44,040 nucleotides of DNA from Candidatus Woesearchaeota archaeon (GTDB lineage: Archaea > Nanobdellota > Nanobdellia > Woesearchaeales > GW2011-AR4): the NCBI GenBank assembly GCA_023266475.1, contig JAHFQA010000004.1, positions 1 to 44,040 of the forward strand. Direction: 5' to 3'. Within the stretch, counting starts at the first letter, position 1, and each line of letters begins with the position of its first letter. Under the pieces are notes generated by a model. That model made no database searches and was not told the DNA's origin. It worked only from the letters and a program-made list of their open reading frames with translations. Positions 38,009 to 44,040 of this stretch are shown piece after piece. The position numbers and the translations under genes are program-made.

Positions 38009-39538
38009 TTAGTGCTTAAACAATCTTGTCCCTGTAAATACCATAGCAATATTATGCTCATTTGCAGCTTTTATGACTTCTTCATCTCTAATAGAACCGC
38101 CTGGCTGGATTATTGCAGTCACGCCTGCTTTAGCAGATTGATCAACGCCGTCCCTAAATGGGAAGAAAGCGTCAGAACTCATAACGCTACCATATATTTT
38201 TCCTTCTGATTTCATGACTGCTATGTTAACAGCATCAACCCTTGACATCTGGCCTGCGCCAATTCCGACTGTAACATCATCTTTTGCAAAAACAACAGAA
38301 TTTGACTTCACATGCTTATTAACTTTCCATGCAAAAATCATTGCTTTTACTTCCTCCTTTGTCGGCTTTCTCTTAGTCACAACTTTCAAGTTTTTTTGGC
38401 CAAGTTGAATATTTGGCTCAAACTGTGCAAGCAAGCCTCCAGTAACTTTTCTTAAGTCATATTTTTTATTCAATTTTTTTATTGATCCAGCTTCAAGCAA
38501 TCTCATATTTTTCTTATCTTTCAGCATTTCCAACGCCTCTTTTTCAAATCTTGGGCAAACTACAACTTCAATAAATAATGGCTTCATTAGTTCTGCAGTT
38601 TTAGCATTGCAGTTCCTGTTTAGCGCAACAACGCACCCGAACGCGGACTTTGGATCTGCTTGATGCGCTTTATTGTACGCTTCCTCAATTGTACCAGCAC
38701 AAGCAACACCGCTTGGATTTGTGTGCTTTATTACTGCAGCAGCAGGTTTTTCAAATTCTTTGACAAGCTCAAAAGCAGCATCAATGTCCAATATATTATT
38801 GTATGATAGCTCCTTTCCACCCAATTGCTTGGCTGCTGCAACGCATCCTGGCTCTGTAAATATATCCTGATAGAAAGCTGCAGTCTGGTGCGGGTTCTCA
38901 CCATACCTCAGGTTTTGTATTTTCTTGAATGTTATGTTTAGTTTGTCAGGATAATAATTTTTTGACAAATTATTAAAATACCAATTTATAAGGCAATCAT
39001 AATGCGCCGTAAGCGAAAATGCCTTTGCCGCGAGCCTCATCCTATCTTCATTATTTATTTTTTTGTTCTTGATTTTCTCCAAGATTTCATTGTAATCAGA
39101 TTTATCCACTACAACCAGAACATCCTTGTGATTTTTTGCAGCTGCTCTTGCAAGTGAAGGACCACCTATGTCAATGTTCTCAATCATTTCCCCAAAATTT
39201 AATTTTTGCCTAATTGCATCCTCAAAATCATAGAAATTAACAACCACCATGTCCATCGGATCAACTTTAATTTTATTAAGTTCAGCAAGATGTTTTTTGT
39301 TTTTCCTATCAGCCAGAATTCCGGAAAAAATATTTGGATGAATTGACTTGACTCTGCCTTCCAACATCTCTGGAAATTTTGTAATATCAGAAACAAGAAT
39401 TACGTCAATTTTATTTTCTTTCAATAATTTTGCCGTATTGCCTGTTGAGATTATTTTTACTCCAAGCTTGGCTAATTGACTTGCAAAATCCACTATTCCT
39501 TCCTTGTTTGAAACTGAAATCAAAGCTGTCTTTATCAT
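38009..39538 (-). CDS. purH: Bifunctional AICAR transformylase/IMP cyclohydrolase
   Basis: 'ALISVSNK', 'GRVKSIHP', 'IDIGGP', 'RYGENPHQ', 'KHTNP', 'GAGQMSRVD', 'SDAFFPF', 'IIQPGGS'. Confidence 0.97.
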   Translation of the reverse strand: MIKTALISVSNKEGIVDFASQLAKLGVKIISTGNTAKLLKENKIDVILVSDITKFPEMLEGRVKSIHPNIFSGILADRKNKKHLAELNKIKVDPMDMVVVNFYDFEDAIRQKLNFGEMIENIDIGGPSLARAAAKNHKDVLVVVDKSDYNEILEKIKNKKINNEDRMRLAAKAFSLTAHYDCLINWYFNNLSKNYYPDKLNITFKKIQNLRYGENPHQTAAFYQDIFTEPGCVAAAKQLGGKELSYNNILDIDAAFELVKEFEKPAAAVIKHTNPSGVACAGTIEEAYNKAHQADPKSAFGCVVALNRNCNAKTAELMKPLFIEVVVCPRFEKEALEMLKDKKNMRLLEAGSIKKLNKKYDLRKVTGGLLAQFEPNIQLGQKNLKVVTKRKPTKEEVKAMIFAWKVNKHVKSNSVVFAKDDVTVGIGAGQMSRVDAVNIAVMKSEGKIYGSVMSSDAFFPFRDGVDQSAKAGVTAIIQPGGSIRDEEVIKAANEHNIAMVFTGTRLFKH

Positions 39539-39915
39539 TTTGCTCCAAGTTTTTTTATTCTGTCCATGCTTTTTTTGTGCAACTCTTTTGTATAATTGTA
39601 GCTTCTTCTTGGCAGTTTTTTAGTATAATTATATGTCCCTTTTACCGTCTTTTTGACTTGAGATTGAATCCTGTTTTGTATAATTTTGACTGTTTCCCAA
39701 CCAACCAAAAATACCCCTGCAAACAACAAAATCCAGCTAAAAGCATAGATAGATAATCCTGTAACCAGATAAACTGGCTGGTAAAATTTAATAAACAACA
39801 AAACTTTCCCATAAACTCCAAGCACAAAACTTAACCCAACCAGAACAACACCAGCCAATAGCCTTTTGTCTTTCCACCACTTAATTTCTTTTCCACTCTG
39901 ACTTTCGTTTTCCAT
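39535..39915 (-). CDS. Hypothetical two-TM membrane protein
   Basis: Two hydrophobic helices, basic tail with a short duplication (YNYTKKL/YNYTKEL); stop overlaps the purH start. Confidence 0.7.
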   Translation of the reverse strand: MENESQSGKEIKWWKDKRLLAGVVLVGLSFVLGVYGKVLLFIKFYQPVYLVTGLSIYAFSWILLFAGVFLVGWETVKIIQNRIQSQVKKTVKGTYNYTKKLPRRSYNYTKELHKKSMDRIKKLGAK

Positions 39916-39928
39916 GTTTTTAATTTCA

Positions 39929-40537
39929 TCAATTTATTATTACTTTATTTTCTTGAACTTTGAGTTTTCCCTTGCTGTATAAATCAATTGATTTTACAAT
40001 AATTTCCTGCTCTGCCTTCTGGACTTTTTCCTTTAATGATTCAACTGTCTCGTTTTTATCTATTTTAACTTCTTTTTGCATAATAATTGGGCCTGTATCA
40101 GCTCCTTCATCAACAAAATGCAATGTTGCGCCGGTTACTTTTTCCTTGTTTTTTAGAACTTGCTCATGCACATTCCTGTCCATTCCGGCTGCATATTTTG
40201 GCAGCAGGCTTGGATGAATATTCATAATCTTGTTTTTGTATTTGTTGACAAACCACGGGCTCAAAAATCTCATATAGCCAATCAGCAAAATTAAATCAAT
40301 CTTGCTTTGATCGAGAATTCTCGATGCTTCCTTGTCAAACTCCTCCCTTGTCTTGTTTTTTTGCTCTACAAAAACAGCTTTAATGCTGTGCTTTCTTGCT
40401 CTTTCAAGTGCGTACGCATCTTGTCTATTGCTAATAACAACAGAAATCTTTGCATCAAGCTTTTTGGAGTTTATAGCATCAATTACAGCCTGCATATCTG
40501 TGCCTTTTGTCGACGCTAAAATACCAATATTAATCAT
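39929..40537 (-). CDS. purN: Phosphoribosylglycinamide formyltransferase
   Basis: 'NIHPSLLP', 'TGATLHFVDEGADTGPII.Q'. Confidence 0.95.
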   Translation of the reverse strand: MINIGILASTKGTDMQAVIDAINSKKLDAKISVVISNRQDAYALERARKHSIKAVFVEQKNKTREEFDKEASRILDQSKIDLILLIGYMRFLSPWFVNKYKNKIMNIHPSLLPKYAAGMDRNVHEQVLKNKEKVTGATLHFVDEGADTGPIIMQKEVKIDKNETVESLKEKVQKAEQEIIVKSIDLYSKGKLKVQENKVIIN

Positions 40538-40635
40538 GTAGCCCCCTAATGAATCAGATTAAATGGCGATATTTAAAGTTATTGGTTTACAATTAAAATT
40601 TTTCTATATGGAAAAATTCTTTATTCTTATTTTAA

Positions 40636-41337
40636 TTAATACCCAGCAAACTTCTCAATCTTAACATTCTGCTGAAGCACATTCATTGTCTTCAACAAAT
40701 TAGACAATCCTTCAACCATTCCAGGCGGTCCGCAGATGTAAAACATAGCATTGCTTAAATCATTGCAGAATTCTTTTATCATATTTTTATCAATTCTTCC
40801 AGTTTTTCCTTGCCATCCTGTTGCATTTTCAGTTATCGTGTTCACAACTTTTAGGTTGGGATTTTCTTTTTCAAAAACAGGCCATTCTTCTTTGTAAACA
40901 ATGTCATTTGGAGTCCTATTGGAATAAAGCAATGTTAATTTTATTGGCAATTTTTTATCTGTTGCATATTTCACCATATCCCTGAAAGGCGTTATCCCAA
41001 TTCCCCCTCCCAAAAAAACTATTTCTTTTGCATCTTCTTTCAAAACAAAAATTCCCATCGGTCCTTTTATTTTTACTTTATCATTAATTTTCAGATTATT
41101 AAATTTCTGCTTGAATAAAGTGCTGGATATTTTTGTTGAAAATAATAAAAAATTTTCCGTAGGAGAAGAAGCGATTGACAAAGGTCTTGTGTTGCCATTT
41201 TCAGGGTCATCCAAGCCAAGCTCAAACATTGCATACTGTCCTGGATTGAAATTAAAAGATTCCTTTTCTAATTTTACGCTCTTGACATCTGCAGTTTCTG
41301 ATTTTGTTTCAATAACTTTAAATTCACTGTTTATCAT
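40636..41337 (-). CDS. FAD/NAD(P)-binding oxidoreductase (ferredoxin-NADP reductase family)
   Basis: 'PGQY', 'RPLSIASSP', 'GPMG.F', 'GGGIGITP', 'YICGPPGM'. Confidence 0.9.
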   Translation of the reverse strand: MINSEFKVIETKSETADVKSVKLEKESFNFNPGQYAMFELGLDDPENGNTRPLSIASSPTENFLLFSTKISSTLFKQKFNNLKINDKVKIKGPMGIFVLKEDAKEIVFLGGGIGITPFRDMVKYATDKKLPIKLTLLYSNRTPNDIVYKEEWPVFEKENPNLKVVNTITENATGWQGKTGRIDKNMIKEFCNDLSNAMFYICGPPGMVEGLSNLLKTMNVLQQNVKIEKFAGY

Positions 41338-41478
41338 TTTTGGATAATATTAATATTATTGGCGCCCATGTAACTCAGACTTTGTATTGATCTTTTATTA
41401 TTTCATATCATAATTTTATATAATGATATTTTTATATTAAGATATTCACATACTATAAAATACAACTAAAAAATAAAA

Positions 41479-42321
41479 TTATATCTTCTTAGACAATCCC
41501 ATTGCCTTCAAAGTGTTATCCATGAGCATTGCTCTTGTCATTGGACCAACTCCGCCTGGAACAGGCGTTATATAGCCTGCAACTTCCTTTACATTTTCAA
41601 AATCAACATCGCCGACTAACTTGCCGTTAACCCTATTTATTCCGACATCAATGACAACAGCGCCTTCTTTCACCATGTCTTTTCTTATCAAATTTTGTTT
41701 TCCAACAGCGACAACAAGTATATCTGCTTTTTTTGTATAACCGGCCAAATATTTTGTTTTTGAATGGCAGATAGTAACAGTTGCATTTCTTTCTAGAAGC
41801 ATCATGGCAGTGGGCTTTCCGACTATGTTGCTCCTTCCCAAAACAACTGCATTCTTTCCTTCAATCCTTACTCCAGTTGATTCAACCAGATAGATTACAG
41901 CCCTTGCAGTTGCAGGAGCCAAAATCATATTTTCACAAATTAAATTTCCAAGGCTTAAAGGTGTAAATCCATCAACATCCTTATGAGGCAATATTGAATT
42001 TATTATTAATTTTTCATCAATATGGCTTGGCAGCGGCAACTGAACCAATATTCCATGCAGACTCTCCTTCTGATTCAAATCTCCAATCAGCTTCAGCAAA
42101 TCTATTTCGCTCGTTTCTTCGCTTAGATTATATCTTTCGCAATAAAATCCCGCTTCCTTAGAATCCTTTTCCTTGAAATTAACATAAACTTCAGAAGCGG
42201 GGTTGTTTCCCACTAAAACTAAAGCCAATCCTGGCTTTTCCTTCATGTTTTTTACTTTATTTTTTATATTTTCAAGAATGCTTTTTGCAATTTTGTTCCC
42301 ATCGATGATTTTTGCTGGCAT
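41479..42321 (-). CDS. folD: Methylenetetrahydrofolate dehydrogenase/cyclohydrolase
   Basis: 'IIDG', 'YVNFK', 'GILVQLPLP', 'KDVDG', 'GRSNIVGKP', 'TPVPGGVGPMT'; likely start 42321. Confidence 0.96.
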   Translation of the reverse strand: MPAKIIDGNKIAKSILENIKNKVKNMKEKPGLALVLVGNNPASEVYVNFKEKDSKEAGFYCERYNLSEETSEIDLLKLIGDLNQKESLHGILVQLPLPSHIDEKLIINSILPHKDVDGFTPLSLGNLICENMILAPATARAVIYLVESTGVRIEGKNAVVLGRSNIVGKPTAMMLLERNATVTICHSKTKYLAGYTKKADILVVAVGKQNLIRKDMVKEGAVVIDVGINRVNGKLVGDVDFENVKEVAGYITPVPGGVGPMTRAMLMDNTLKAMGLSKKI

Positions 42322-42466
42322 TTTAATGTTATTTTTATTTTTCCATAACTCGGTTTTATTAATGTTCAATGAATATAAATCCTATTCCTTTATTTTATGT
42401 ATTTGTGTCTCACATGATGCATTAATTATTTTGCAACAATAAAATTTTAAGTTCAAAAAAAATCAA

Positions 42467-43819
42467 TTATCTCAAAATATCAAAATCTGGGTAAAGAGGA
42501 AATTCTTTGCACAATTCCATAACTTCTTTTCTAATTTGATGTATTTTTTTATTCTTTGCTATGGATTCTTTAAAGTTTTTCAGGTACTCCTTGATTTCGT
42601 CTTTATTTTCAGGCAAATTAAATTGCTTTACCTCCATTATTATTTCAGCAATCCACTTCCCAATAATTTGCATCTCTTTTTCTTGCATTCCCCTAGTTGT
42701 CAATGACGGAGTTCCCATCCTCAACCCGCTCGGATAAAATGGAGAGCTTGGATCCGCAGGAATTGTGTTTTTATTCATTGTAATATTGGCTTCGTCAAGA
42801 GCTTCCTGCGCAAAAATTCCTTTCCCCTTCCCGAATGGCGTCAAATCGATTAGTATAAGATGATTATCGCTTCCGTTTGTCACAACTTTTATTCCGTTGT
42901 CAATCAATGATTTTGCAAGCGCTCTTGAATTATTTACAATCTGCTCGCAGTATTTTCTGAATTCTGGCTTGCCCATTTCTTTCAGCGCAACTGCAATCGC
43001 TGCTGTCGTATGGTCATGAGGTCCGCCTTGAAGTCCGGGAAAAACAGCCTTGTCTATTTTTGCAGAAAGCTCAGGGTCCTTGTCAATTCCTTTCTGAGTT
43101 ATCATTATAATCCCGCCGCGCGGCCCCCTGAAAGTCTTATGAGTTGTTGTAGTTATGATATGCACATATCTTGACGGGCTTTTGTGAACACCTGAAGCAA
43201 CCAATCCTGAAATATGGGCAATATCAGCTGCAAGATATGCCCCAACTTTGTCTGCGATTTTTCCAAACTCCTCAAAAGGAAATTCCCTCGCATAAGCTGT
43301 AAATCCGACCCACATAAGCTTCGGCTTGTGCTCCATTGCAAGTTTTTCAACCTCCTCAAGGTCAATGTAGCCGTCTTTTCTAACGTGATATGGTACTGAA
43401 TTAAACAATTGGCCAGTATAACTTGCCTTAAATCCATGCGTCAAATGCCCGCCATCAGGCAGATGGAGTCCCATAATTGTGTCATTAGGCTGGCAAACTG
43501 CCATATACACTGCAAAATTTGCAGGGCTTCCGGAATAGGGCTGGATATTGGCATGAACAACATTGAAGGTTTTTTTTACCCTTTCAATTGCGATCAATTC
43601 AACTTCATCAATAAACTGGTTGCCGCCGTAATATCTTTTTTTTGGATAACCCTCAGAATATTTATTTGTCAGAATTGAGCCCATTGCCTGCAAAACGGCT
43701 TTGCTTACATTATTTTCAGAAGGAATCATTTCCAAGCCAAGCTGCTGCCTCTCAAGCTCACTTTTTATTAAATCATATATTTCGGGATCAGATTTTGAAA
43801 TATCATCCATCATTGACAA
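42467..43819 (-). CDS. glyA: Serine hydroxymethyltransferase (bacterial-type)
   Basis: 'NKYSEGYP.KRYYGG', 'GGHLTHG', 'TTTTHKTFRGPRGG' (PLP Lys), 'FPGLQGGP'; start TTG 43819 or ATG 43813/43810. Confidence 0.97.
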   Translation of the reverse strand: MSMMDDISKSDPEIYDLIKSELERQQLGLEMIPSENNVSKAVLQAMGSILTNKYSEGYPKKRYYGGNQFIDEVELIAIERVKKTFNVVHANIQPYSGSPANFAVYMAVCQPNDTIMGLHLPDGGHLTHGFKASYTGQLFNSVPYHVRKDGYIDLEEVEKLAMEHKPKLMWVGFTAYAREFPFEEFGKIADKVGAYLAADIAHISGLVASGVHKSPSRYVHIITTTTHKTFRGPRGGIIMITQKGIDKDPELSAKIDKAVFPGLQGGPHDHTTAAIAVALKEMGKPEFRKYCEQIVNNSRALAKSLIDNGIKVVTNGSDNHLILIDLTPFGKGKGIFAQEALDEANITMNKNTIPADPSSPFYPSGLRMGTPSLTTRGMQEKEMQIIGKWIAEIIMEVKQFNLPENKDEIKEYLKNFKESIAKNKKIHQIRKEVMELCKEFPLYPDFDILR

Positions 43820-43922
43820 TTAAACCACCACTATAGAAAAGACAAGATGAATTGTTTATATAATTTTTGGATTTTATTAGAAAGATTTCGCAAGTTTTTT
43901 AATGCAAAAAAAATAAAAATAA

Positions 43923-44040
43923 ATCAATTACCCAATCGCCCCAAGGGGCGGGGTATGTTTAAAATTCTGATAACTTGAGTTGATTATCATCTCGTCCTTG
44001 TTCCTTAACATATTTCTTTATTCTGTCTAATCCACCAAAT
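43923..44040 (-). mobile_element. tnpA: Right end of an IS200/IS605-family element: TnpA C-terminus plus subterminal hairpin
   Basis: Minus-strand frame 44039..43959 reads FGGLDRIKKYVKEQGRDDNQLKLSEF* (YxxxQ catalytic helix of Y1 HUH transposases), followed by hairpin taccc..cgccc-caag-gggcg-gggta (43929-43955). Confidence 0.75.

Noticed and set aside
43820-43960. ZMP/ZTP or THF riboswitch upstream of the glyA/purH cluster
   Set aside because: No recognisable aptamer consensus; the only hairpin is explained by the IS200-type end
1-44040. CRISPR array or rRNA genes
   Set aside because: No regularly spaced direct repeats and no long GC-rich rRNA-like region were seen

Overview
AT-rich archaeal chromosomal window. 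It is most consistent with a DPANN/Woesearchaeota-like organism (inference from TTTAAA/BRE promoters, archease + RtcB, XPD helicase, single-OB SSB, BHB-type tRNA introns and many bacterial-type metabolic genes). Contents: two PIN-domain toxin-antitoxin pairs, acetolactate synthase, orphan ParA, an archease/ZIP/LAGLIDADG-remnant/rtcB cluster, SSB, a type IV pilus/Tad-like ATPase plus membrane platform, nitrilase, bacterial-type Lgt, CopA, a minimal nucleotidyltransferase, livKHMGF, TrhO, a DEAD-box helicase, a 1018-aa Cys-rich secreted protein, Pcm, SufT, tRNA-Val(CAC), XPD, a purH/purN/FNR/folD/glyA cluster and the 3' end of an IS200-type element. The most striking feature is absent from the ORF track. 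At 11012-11220 a tRNA-Phe(GAA) gene is split into six exons by five BHB-type introns (tRNA positions 4/5, 18/19, 27/28, 46/47, 59/60; none at the canonical 37/38). Its 5' leader is complementary to exon 2 and appears to build the splice motif for the acceptor-stem intron, and the gene lies about 2 kb from rtcB. Also found by reading the sequence: several unannotated small ORFs (RHH protein, Cys-rich protein before copA, a 15-aa CxC micropeptide with its own expression signals, a wHTH fragment) and a small dispersed hairpin repeat family. All family calls come from motif recognition by eye; no database search was run.
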